Shown here piece after piece: positions 10,352-18,374 of a stretch of DNA of 24,850 bases; position 1 is the first letter of the stretch; every line of letters begins with the position of its first letter. Position numbers and translations under genes: made by a program. The notes beneath the pieces were generated by a model. It was given only the letters and a program-made list of their open reading frames with translations. It was not told the origin of the DNA and made no database searches. This DNA comes from an uncultured Acidobacteriota bacterium (GTDB taxonomy: Bacteria; Actinomycetota; Acidimicrobiia; Spongiisociales; ZC4RG35), in contig CAWHEU010000014.1 of NCBI GenBank assembly GCA_963828465.1, positions 1 to 24,850 on the forward strand, in the 5' to 3' direction.

Positions 10352-11337
10352 ATCCGGGTCGCGCTCTTCCTTCTGATCACCGCGAACGTGCCGACGATGG
10401 CGGCGCCCAAACCAAAGGTGATCAGCACGCCAATCAGACCTGAGAGACGGGTCCCGGTCGCCTCGTCCTCGATTCCCGAGACTCCATAGTCGGCCAATGG
10501 TGAGTCGGCCAAAGGGTGGTCCTCGGCCGAGTCGATGAATCCCTGGTCGATGGCGACTCGCTCCAGGCCGTCAGGCTCGCTGGAAGCCAGAGGCGCGACA
10601 ACCAACACCAACAGCGCGGCCACCACCAGACCGGCCGCGGCAAAGCCCCAGGCCCCGGCCCGGACTGGCTTCTTCTCTTTGTCGAGGAGATCGAAGTCCT
10701 GCACTCCGGCGATCAACTCGGGCCGAGTCGTGGCCACGGCGCCCACGGTCGCCGCCGAGATGAGGCCCTCACCGACACCGATGAGGAAATGGACACCGGC
10801 CATCGCCGCGAACACCGTCGCAACGTCGACATTGCCCCGGCCCCCGATGGCGTACTCGACGACGAACGCGAGAGAGGAGGCGACAACCGAGGCCAGGGCG
10901 GCGGTGAACGTCGATACCAGGACAGTGGTCCATGACTTGGGGAGGGTCTTCACCATCACCCGGAAGACAACCCAGCCAACCAACCCGGTCACCAGGGCCA
11001 TGTTGAGCAGGTTGGCGCCCAGGGCCGATACACCGCCATCGGCTATCACGAGCGCTTGGATGATCACCACGACACTCACCGCAGTGATGCCCAGCCACGG
11101 ACCGACCAGGATCACGGCCAGGGCCCCGCCCAGAAGGTGTCCCGAAGTGCCCGCCGCGACAGGGAAGTTGATCATCTGAAGGGCGAAGATGAAGGCGGCG
11201 ACCAGGCCGGTCAGGGCGATCCGGCTCTCCTGGAGATACGCACCCGCGCGCTCGATGGAAAAACCGAGGCCGCCCGCGGCCATGACCGCTGTGCCCGCCG
11301 AAGTGGCGCCATTGAGAAATCCGTCCGGGATGTGCAA
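10348..11337 (-). CDS. nikMN: ECF S component NikM/CbiM fused to a PDGLE (NikN) domain
   Basis: Metal-binding N-terminus MHIPDGFL (TTG start, GAGAGG RBS), GTSGHLLGG, ADGGVSALGAN, C-terminal SSEPDGLERVA..P.ADY plus terminal TM. Confidence 0.92.
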   Translation of the reverse strand: MHIPDGFLNGATSAGTAVMAAGGLGFSIERAGAYLQESRIALTGLVAAFIFALQMINFPVAAGTSGHLLGGALAVILVGPWLGITAVSVVVIIQALVIADGGVSALGANLLNMALVTGLVGWVVFRVMVKTLPKSWTTVLVSTFTAALASVVASSLAFVVEYAIGGRGNVDVATVFAAMAGVHFLIGVGEGLISAATVGAVATTRPELIAGVQDFDLLDKEKKPVRAGAWGFAAAGLVVAALLVLVVAPLASSEPDGLERVAIDQGFIDSAEDHPLADSPLADYGVSGIEDEATGTRLSGLIGVLITFGLGAAIVGTFAVIRRKSATRI

Positions 11338-11352
11338 GACCTGTTGCCTCTC

Positions 11353-11369
11353 TTGCGACCTTGTCGCAA
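11353..11369. promoter_or_regulatory. Putative Nur operator (TTGCGAC-CTT-GTCGCAA)
   Basis: Perfect 7-3-7 inverted repeat lying between the minus-strand -10 hexamer TATTCT (11372-11377) and the nikM RBS; fits the 6-5-6 tTGCaa-N5-ttGCAA form recalled for Streptomyces Nur. Confidence 0.8.
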
Positions 11370-11387
11370 CAAGAATAGCGAAGTGGA

Positions 11388-11831
11388 CTAGATCGTGTTC
11401 CCGGATGCGCAGTCGGCGCAGAGCCCGGATAGGGCGAAGTGATTCAGATCGGCGACGAATCCGGTGGCCACTGTGATGGCGGCGGCCAGGTTCTCACTCT
11501 CCTCCCGGGGAAGGGTGGTGGTCCTCCCGCAACGGCGACAGATCAAATGCTGATGCCCGGCATCTTCGGCCAGGTGATACACCGATGGCCCGTGACCCAT
11601 GTGCGAGTGAACGAGCAACCCGGAAGCCTCGAGCGCTTCCAGGGTCCGATACACAGTGGACCGGTCGAGCCGCGTCCCGCTCTTGGCCCGGGCCCGGTCG
11701 TAGATGTCGGCCGCGCTCAGATGCTCGTCGTGAGCCGCCGCCACGACCTCGCAGACTGCACGTCGGGCATTGGTGATCCGATAGCCCCGGCCGCTCAGAG
11801 CGTCGACCAATTTGTCGGCCGTGATGTGCAC
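11388..11831 (-). CDS. nur: Fur-family regulator, nickel-responsive Nur type
   Basis: RITNARR, STVYRTL, HSHMGHGPSVYHLA, HQHLICRRC, NHFALSGLCADC; HxHxGHG and the late HFA His resemble Streptomyces Nur; sits directly upstream of nikMNQO. Confidence 0.85.
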   Translation of the reverse strand: MHITADKLVDALSGRGYRITNARRAVCEVVAAAHDEHLSAADIYDRARAKSGTRLDRSTVYRTLEALEASGLLVHSHMGHGPSVYHLAEDAGHQHLICRRCGRTTTLPREESENLAAAITVATGFVADLNHFALSGLCADCASGNTI

Positions 11832-11901
11832 CGGGCCAGGCTAAGCGCGGCCCGGAGATGGCCCGCCGGCACCGCTCGTGGTCTGTCGCTACCTTGCCCC
11901 G

Positions 11902-12696
11902 ATGCCGATCGCATTTGTCACCGGTGCCAATTCCGGGATCGGCCGAGCCACCGCGATAGGACTGGCCGGTGGCGGTGTCCATGTGATCGTGGCCGGTCGC
12001 TCGGCGGAGCGAGCCAAACCGGTCCTGGATGAGATCGCAGCGTTTGGAGGCAGCGCCGAGTTCCTCGAACTCGATCTCGCCTCGATGACCTCGGTACGGA
12101 CCGCTTCACGGAGCTTCGCCGACACACGTCGCAACCTCGACATCCTGGTCAATAACGCCGGTATCGGAGTCAATCGCCGCGGTCTCACCGAGGATGGCTT
12201 CGAGGTCCATTTCGGCATCAACCATCTGGGCCACTTCCTCCTGACCCGCGAGCTGTTTCCCAACCTCGTTCCGGACAGCCGCGTTGTCGCGCTGACCAGC
12301 GCCATGCACTTCCGGGCAGATGGCATCGATTTCGCCCGGGTTCGACGCCCGACCGCATTCACCGGTCTCGCCGAGTACGCGACATCCAAACTGGCCAATG
12401 TCCTGTTCACCAGAGAGCTCGCCCGCCGCCGACCCGAGATTCGGGCCTACGCCGTCCACCCCGGCCTGGTTCGCACCCGGCTGATCCCGGGCCCAATCCG
12501 CGTCCTCTCGGCCTCGAGCATGGTGAGCCCCGAACAGGGCGCAGACACGGTGCTTTGGTGCGCCACCTCGGAGGATGTGGCCTCGGAGAGCGGGCAGTAT
12601 TACCAACAGCGAACCCGCCTTCCCCCCTCGGCTCGAGCCCAGGACGACGACCTGGCCAGCGAGCTCTGGGAGCGATCAGACGAGTGGTGCGGATAG
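11902..12696 (+). CDS. Short-chain dehydrogenase/reductase (retinol dehydrogenase-like subgroup)
   Basis: TGANSGIG, LDLAS, LVNNAGI, FGINHLGHFLLT, catalytic YATSK, VHPGLV. Confidence 0.93.
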   Translation: MPIAFVTGANSGIGRATAIGLAGGGVHVIVAGRSAERAKPVLDEIAAFGGSAEFLELDLASMTSVRTASRSFADTRRNLDILVNNAGIGVNRRGLTEDGFEVHFGINHLGHFLLTRELFPNLVPDSRVVALTSAMHFRADGIDFARVRRPTAFTGLAEYATSKLANVLFTRELARRRPEIRAYAVHPGLVRTRLIPGPIRVLSASSMVSPEQGADTVLWCATSEDVASESGQYYQQRTRLPPSARAQDDDLASELWERSDEWCG

Positions 12697-12733
12697 GCGG
12701 ACGGGACATGAGTGACATGCGGAATCAGCACTG

Positions 12734-13613
12734 ATGCATATCGACGTCAATGGGACTCGGTTGTGGTTCGACGTTGACGGGCCTGCGCTCGTGCCGGACG
12801 GCAATGAGATGCGGCAACGGCCGACGATGGTCTTGATTCACGGCGGACCTGGCAGCTATGACCATTCCTACTTCAAGCCGGACTTCGGCCGGCTCGCCGA
12901 GCATGCCCAGATCGTCTACCTCGATCTGCGCGGGCACGGCCGTTCCGACTGGGGCAGCGCGGGCGCGTGGAGCTTCGAAGGGACCGCAGACGACATCCGA
13001 GCATTCTGCGACGCGGTCGGGCATAGCCAGGCCGATCCTCCTCGGACACTCGATGGGTGGGCCAATCGTCCTCCTCTACGGTGCCCGCCACCCCGGTCAT
13101 GCGGCGGGGCTCGTGGTTCAGTCGGGATTCGCACGGTGGGATGCCTCCCGGGTGGTCGAGGGGTTTCGCCGTGTCGCGGGCGACGAGGTCGCCGAGATCG
13201 CCAGGCGCAGCTATGCAGGCGACTCGGTACCCGATGAGGAGTGGGCCCGCGTCGCCGCCGCCTTCGGCCCACGGGTTCCGGATGATGACCAGAAGGCTCG
13301 CATGCCAAAGAACCTCGAGCTCAACTCGCACGGGATGGATCTAATCCGCCAACTCGACATCGTCGATCAACTCCGCCGTATCGAAATTCCGACGCTGGTT
13401 TCGGTCGGAGATCTCGACCCGGTCACACCCATCGCCGCAGCCGAAGAGATCGTCGCCGCCTTGCCGGAAGGCATGGCCCGGCTCCACGTCTTCGAGGGAG
13501 CCGGCCACTTCACATGGATGGATAACCCGGGGCGTTACTGGGAGACGATCATCGAGTTCATCGACAGCACCACCCGACGCAAGCAAATGGGGGGTGAGGG
13601 ACACACCAGGTAG
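12734..13613 (+). CDS. Alpha/beta hydrolase, proline iminopeptidase-like (one frameshift near 13020)
   Basis: HGGPG, DLRGHGRS, nucleophile GHSMG, GDLDP and GAGHF; one extra G in the GGG run at 13019-13021 explains the frame change. Confidence 0.88.
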
Positions 13614-13623
13614 CGTCCCGATC

Positions 13624-14706
13624 ATGGAGCCGGATCTCTATTACGGCAGCTATCTGAGACTGGACAAACTCCTCGAGGCTCAAGAGCTGGAGAGCACGAA
13701 GGCAGGGAGCACCGTGCACGACGAGATGCTGTTCATCGTCGTCCATCAGGCCTACGAGCTCTGGTTCAAGCAGATCCTCTGGGAGATGGACGAGGTGCGT
13801 CGCATCTTCGGCCAGACCATCGTCGACGACGCAGACATGGGCACCGTCGTCTCACTGCTGCGACGCATCACCGAGATACAGAAGCTGTTGATCCAGCAGG
13901 TCTCGGTACTGGAGACGATGACTCCCCTCGATTTTCTCGACTTCCGGGACTATCTCTTCCCCGCATCGGGCTTCCAGTCGGCGCAATTCAGACTTGTGGA
14001 GAACAAGCTCGGGCTCCGCGCCGACGACAGAATGAAGCTGGGAGGCGCCACATATACCTCGCGCTTCAACCCGGACGACATGAGATCGGTGGCGGCCAGC
14101 GAGCAGGAGCCCTCCATCTTCGACCTGGTCGAGCGGTGGCTGGAACGAACGCCTTTCCTCGATCACAAGGACTTCTCGTTCTGGGAGGCGTTCCAGAAAG
14201 CCGTGAAGGAGCGGTTGGAGGCGGACCGGGCGGTGGTCGAGTCCAACCCGAGACTGACCACCGAGGAAAAGACAGCACAGCTCAAGGATTTCGAGACGAC
14301 GATGGAGCAGTACGAGGCACTTTTCGATCCAGCCAAGCACGCCGAGCAACAGGCCGCCGGAAAGCGGCGTCTCTCCCATCGTGCCTTTCAGGCGGCACTC
14401 TTCATCACCCTGTACCGGGACCAGCCCGCATTGCAGGGAGCATTCCGGCTCCTCGAACTCCTGATGGACATCGACGAAGGGTTCACCACCTGGCGCTACC
14501 GCCATGCCCAGATGGTGTTGCGAATGATCGGTCGCCGGATCGGGACCGGAGGCTCCGCAGGGGCCAAGTACCTGGAGAAGTCGGCGGAACGGAGCCGGAT
14601 CTTCGGTGACTTGTACAACTTGTCCACCTTTCTGATCCCGAGGGCAGACCGGCCACCCCTGCCTCCGGGCATAGTGGAGTCGATGCGGTTCAAGTACGAG
14701 GGATGA
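13624..14706 (+). CDS. kynA: Tryptophan 2,3-dioxygenase (long form, 360 aa)
   Basis: YGSYLRLDKLL, HDEMLFIVVHQAYELWFKQI, FLDFRDYLFPASGFQS.QFR, WRYRHAQMVLRMIG..IGTGGSAG (proximal His and GTGGS loop). Confidence 0.96.
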   Translation: MEPDLYYGSYLRLDKLLEAQELESTKAGSTVHDEMLFIVVHQAYELWFKQILWEMDEVRRIFGQTIVDDADMGTVVSLLRRITEIQKLLIQQVSVLETMTPLDFLDFRDYLFPASGFQSAQFRLVENKLGLRADDRMKLGGATYTSRFNPDDMRSVAASEQEPSIFDLVERWLERTPFLDHKDFSFWEAFQKAVKERLEADRAVVESNPRLTTEEKTAQLKDFETTMEQYEALFDPAKHAEQQAAGKRRLSHRAFQAALFITLYRDQPALQGAFRLLELLMDIDEGFTTWRYRHAQMVLRMIGRRIGTGGSAGAKYLEKSAERSRIFGDLYNLSTFLIPRADRPPLPPGIVESMRFKYEG

Positions 14707-15837
14707 ACCTCAAGCCTCACTTCTCCCGATTCCTCGGGGCAAAGCCGGATCGCCTTCATTTCGCGGCGCATTCCCACCACCCCTGGCCTGATGTGTCGTT
14801 CGAGGCCCATCGAGCGCGCCTGGCTCGATGCAGCGGAGATGATCGACGACAAGTGGGAACACATCTTCGGGGAGGTGATCCCCAACACCCGTACCCGGGT
14901 AGCCGACGTGCTGGGTCTCGCCGACCCGGCGAGCCTGACCTTCGGCCCCAACACTCATTCGTTTCTACTCAGGATTTTCTCATGTCTGGAGCCACCGGTC
15001 CGCGTCCTTTCCACCGACGCCGAGTTCCACTCCTTCACCCGCCAATCCCGGCGATGGGAAGAGGCCGGGCTGGCAATCGTGGACCGGATCCCCACCGAGC
15101 CATTCGACACATTCGGCGAGCGTTTCACCCGGGAGGCAAGGGCCGGCGTCCACGACCTGATCTATCTGAGCCAGGCCTTCTACGACTCCGGCTTCGCGGT
15201 CCCCGACCTCGACCAGATCGTCTCCTCGGTACCGGAGAACCGCACCTTCATCGTCATCGACGGATACCACGCCTTCATGGCCAGGCCCGTGAACCTGGGC
15301 GCCATCCAGGATCGTGTGTTCTTCCTCGCCGGCGGCTACAAGTACGCCATGTCCGGGGAGGGCGCCTGCTTTCTCCACTCTCCCCCCGGCTATGGGCCCC
15401 GCCCGCTCGATACCGGCTGGTACGCCGGATTCGGCCAGCTCGAGTCAGGTGTCAGCCCGACGATCGCCTACGGGGGCGACGGCTCGCGATTCTCCGGCGC
15501 AACCTTCGACCCGTCCGGCGTCTATCGAATGCGAGCGGTGCTCGGCTGGCTCGAGTCCGAAGGGGTGACGCCGTCCAGGATCCACGAGCATGCCATCTCG
15601 CTCCAGGACAGATTCCTTGCGGGCGCGCCTGCTCTCGGCGACTTGCTCGTGGGCGAGGCGGCCCGGCGAGGAAACTTCCTCACCTTCCGATCCGACCGTG
15701 CGAGCGATATCTACCAAAAGCTGCATGAGAAGGGAGTCATCACCGATTTCCGCGCCGACCGGCTTCGCATCGGGTTCGGCGTCTATCAAGACGAGGAGGA
15801 CGTCGACCGGCTGCTGGATGAACTGCCGACCCTTTAG
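14703..15837 (+). CDS. Class-V PLP enzyme, kynureninase-like (one frameshift near 14810)
   Basis: ATGA overlap with kynA; DAEFHS, VIDGYH, PLP-lysine motif AGGYKY..SGEG, TGWYAG, RGNFL, TDFR..RLRIG. Kynureninase function is inferred from motifs plus context. Confidence 0.8.
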
Positions 15838-16229
15838 ACCACTGCGGTGCAGACCAACTCCACCTTGGCCCTTGGGTCGAACAACTCGGCCACCCCGATC
15901 AGGGCCATCGGCGGGAAATGCTTGCCGAACACATGGCGATAAGCCTCGCCGATCGGGCCCAAGCTCTCGCGGTATCCCGGAACGTCGGTGGTGAAGATCG
16001 TCATCGAGACCAGATCGGTCGGATCCCCTCCGGCTTCTTCGATGACCACGGCCACCGAATGACAGGCGCGGGCGAACTGGTCGACGAGGCCGTCATCCAG
16101 CGTCATGTCCTCGTAATGGCCGGTCTGGCCGGCGATATAGAGGGTTCTGCCACCGACGGGTAACGCACCGTGGGAGAAACCTCGGGCCGGAGGGAGACCC
16201 AGTGGATTCAAGAACTGATGCCCGCTCAT
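15834..16229 (-). CDS. RidA/YjgF-family protein
   Basis: 131 aa; PARGFSHG, LYIAGQ, FGKHFPPMALIGVAELFDP.AKVEL; ATGA overlap with the crotonase gene. Confidence 0.92.
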   Translation of the reverse strand: MSGHQFLNPLGLPPARGFSHGALPVGGRTLYIAGQTGHYEDMTLDDGLVDQFARACHSVAVVIEEAGGDPTDLVSMTIFTTDVPGYRESLGPIGEAYRHVFGKHFPPMALIGVAELFDPRAKVELVCTAVV

Positions 16230-17053
16230 CGACCCGTCCACTCCGGAGGCCGCTTGCCGGTGAAAGCCCGGTAGAACTCGGCATGGTCCTCCGTGGTCAT
16301 CAGCAGTGCCTGGGTGAACGCCTCCAGCTCGATGGCGGAGCCGAGATCCATGTCCAGCTCACGGCCGATCAAGACCTTGGTGGCGCCGTAGGCCAGCGCA
16401 GGTCCCGCTGCGAGGCCCTTGGCCAGATCACCCGCGGACCCCGACAGGGCGGCGTCGGCCACCGCCTTAGTCGCCAACCCGATGGCGACCGCCCGCTCGG
16501 CGTCGACGCTTTCACCCAGGAGCAACAGCTCGGTGGCGCGCCCCAGACCGACCACGCGGGGCAGCAGGTACGCAGAGCCCATGTCCGCTCCTGCCAGACC
16601 CACCCTGGTGAAGAGAAAGCTGAAGGACGCCGTCTCGGCCAGGATTCTGATGTCGGCAGCAAGGGCGATAACTGCGCCTGCCCCGGCTGCCACGCCGTTG
16701 ACCGCAGCGATCACCGGGATTGGAAGCCGGCGGATGCGCTCGACGACCGCCCCGGTCATCCGGGTGAACTCGAGCAGGCCTCGGGCGTCCATCTCCAGCA
16801 ACGGAGCGATGATCTCGTCCACGTCCCCACCGGAGCAAAAGCCCCGCCCGGTGCCGGTGAGCATCAGAACCCGAATTTCGTCGCGATGCTCGATCTCCCC
16901 GAGCAGATCCCTCAGATCTGCATAAACCGCGAAGGTGAGCGCGTTGAGCTTGTCGGGGCGGTCGAAGGTGACCGTTCCTACACCGTCTTCCACCTCGAAC
17001 CCGAAGTGCTCCCAGCTGTCGGTGAAGCCTGCAGAGGCGCGAAATGGGCTCAC
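16226..17053 (-). CDS. Enoyl-CoA hydratase/isomerase (crotonase) family protein, AbmC-like
   Basis: DRPDKLNALTF, GFCSGGDV, IAAVNGVAAGAG, VGLAGADMGSAYLLPRVVGLG, KRPPEWTGR; GTG start at 17053. Confidence 0.92.
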   Translation of the reverse strand: MSPFRASAGFTDSWEHFGFEVEDGVGTVTFDRPDKLNALTFAVYADLRDLLGEIEHRDEIRVLMLTGTGRGFCSGGDVDEIIAPLLEMDARGLLEFTRMTGAVVERIRRLPIPVIAAVNGVAAGAGAVIALAADIRILAETASFSFLFTRVGLAGADMGSAYLLPRVVGLGRATELLLLGESVDAERAVAIGLATKAVADAALSGSAGDLAKGLAAGPALAYGATKVLIGRELDMDLGSAIELEAFTQALLMTTEDHAEFYRAFTGKRPPEWTGR

Positions 17054-17063
17054 AGATGTGCGC

Positions 17064-18260
17064 CTAGACGCCAACCTCCTCGGTGACCGCGGGCCTGGCC
17101 TCCTTGGCGGTGAGATAGGTGTAGATCCCGTAGAGGAGGGAGAGACCAAGGATCGGGGTGAATATCCGCTTCAACGTCGCATTCTCGGTGGCCAGGCCGA
17201 CTGCGAAGCCGAGCACTCCGGTGTTGACCCCCCAATAGATGACGCGATTGGCCGTTTCCGCCACCACCGAGGCAGTGGCCATCATGGCGAAGATCAGGTT
17301 GGTCATGACCATGATGAAGTTGATGTGGTCGACAGCCAACAACCAGGGCCCGATCTCCTCGAACTCGGCTCCCGACACGAACAGCGACACGACGTAGGCG
17401 AAAAGAGCGATTCCGAGAATGAGACCCAGCACCGCGGTTCGGGCCATGATGCCGGGGACCGGGCCACGCCACTGGGACGGGGCCAGATAGGAGCGCAGCC
17501 GCCAGACCAGGATGACGAGCCCGATCACCTCCAAGGGCACGTTGGCCTGGAGCATCGCCAAGTTGTCGAGGAGGACGCCCAGCATCGCAAAAACGCCGGC
17601 AAGGAAGATCAGGCTCATCTGGACCACTCCCGCCCTGGAGGCGGACAGCGACGGGGTGTCCTCTCGTCGCAACAACCACTCGATCAGGGCTGTGCCGGCG
17701 AGGATGACATAGCCCACCACCATGGCGGCTGGATGGGCGCCTCCGAGCTGTTCGGCGTTCTCCGGTGGGACGATCTCCACCTCGGCCAGCTGCAGACCGA
17801 GCGCGATGCCGAGCACGGCGCCGATCACGAGGAAGAACAGGGATAGTGCCATCCCGTACTGGGCGACGTTCCACGTCGTCCCGCGATGTGCCCGGAGCAC
17901 CCACACGAACATCCAGACGATGGCAATGAAGGCCAGGACCCCCCCAATAGGTCGTTGAACGCTCGAAGTGGTCAGGTCAACCGACCAGAAAGCCAGGACG
18001 TAGAGGCTCAGCGCGACGATGGAGAAATTGGCTACCGCGTTACTCGATCGGTCCTCTGGCGAGCCGAACATCAAGATTGCCCCTGCGAAGATGGAGAGGG
18101 TCAACCACCCCAGCGTCCCGGCGTGAACATGGGTGAGCAGGGTGTTACGGGGCGGCTCCCAGACATCCGTCCCGTTGAGGATCCCGATGACCACGGTGAT
18201 GACGAATATCACCAGTGCGGCACGGAACAAGTTGCGCACACCAGAGGGCATTGCGGCCAT
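17064..18260 (-). CDS. Hypothetical 12-TM membrane protein with intramembrane histidines
   Basis: 398 aa, 12 hydrophobic segments by eye; HVHAGTLGW, HPAAMVVGY, VDHINFIM; GAAGGGA RBS and CATAAT -10-like hexamer upstream. Confidence 0.85.
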   Translation of the reverse strand: MAAMPSGVRNLFRAALVIFVITVVIGILNGTDVWEPPRNTLLTHVHAGTLGWLTLSIFAGAILMFGSPEDRSSNAVANFSIVALSLYVLAFWSVDLTTSSVQRPIGGVLAFIAIVWMFVWVLRAHRGTTWNVAQYGMALSLFFLVIGAVLGIALGLQLAEVEIVPPENAEQLGGAHPAAMVVGYVILAGTALIEWLLRREDTPSLSASRAGVVQMSLIFLAGVFAMLGVLLDNLAMLQANVPLEVIGLVILVWRLRSYLAPSQWRGPVPGIMARTAVLGLILGIALFAYVVSLFVSGAEFEEIGPWLLAVDHINFIMVMTNLIFAMMATASVVAETANRVIYWGVNTGVLGFAVGLATENATLKRIFTPILGLSLLYGIYTYLTAKEARPAVTEEVGV

Positions 18261-18374
18261 GGCTCGTCCCTTCTCTCGCAGGTCAGATGATTATGTCAGC
18301 GGTCCCCACAGGAGGCTGGGCAAATTGGAGCGACAAACGACACACCCGGCAGTGCCAACGCTCATACTGGGCGC

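Noticed and set aside
11338-11387. Cobalamin riboswitch and a cobalt (cbiMQO) assignment
   Set aside because: The gap is only 50 bp; the Nur-type regulator, operator and PDGLE fusion favour nickel.
12705-12720. GACATG direct repeat before the hydrolase gene
   Set aside because: Only two 6-bp copies with no other support.
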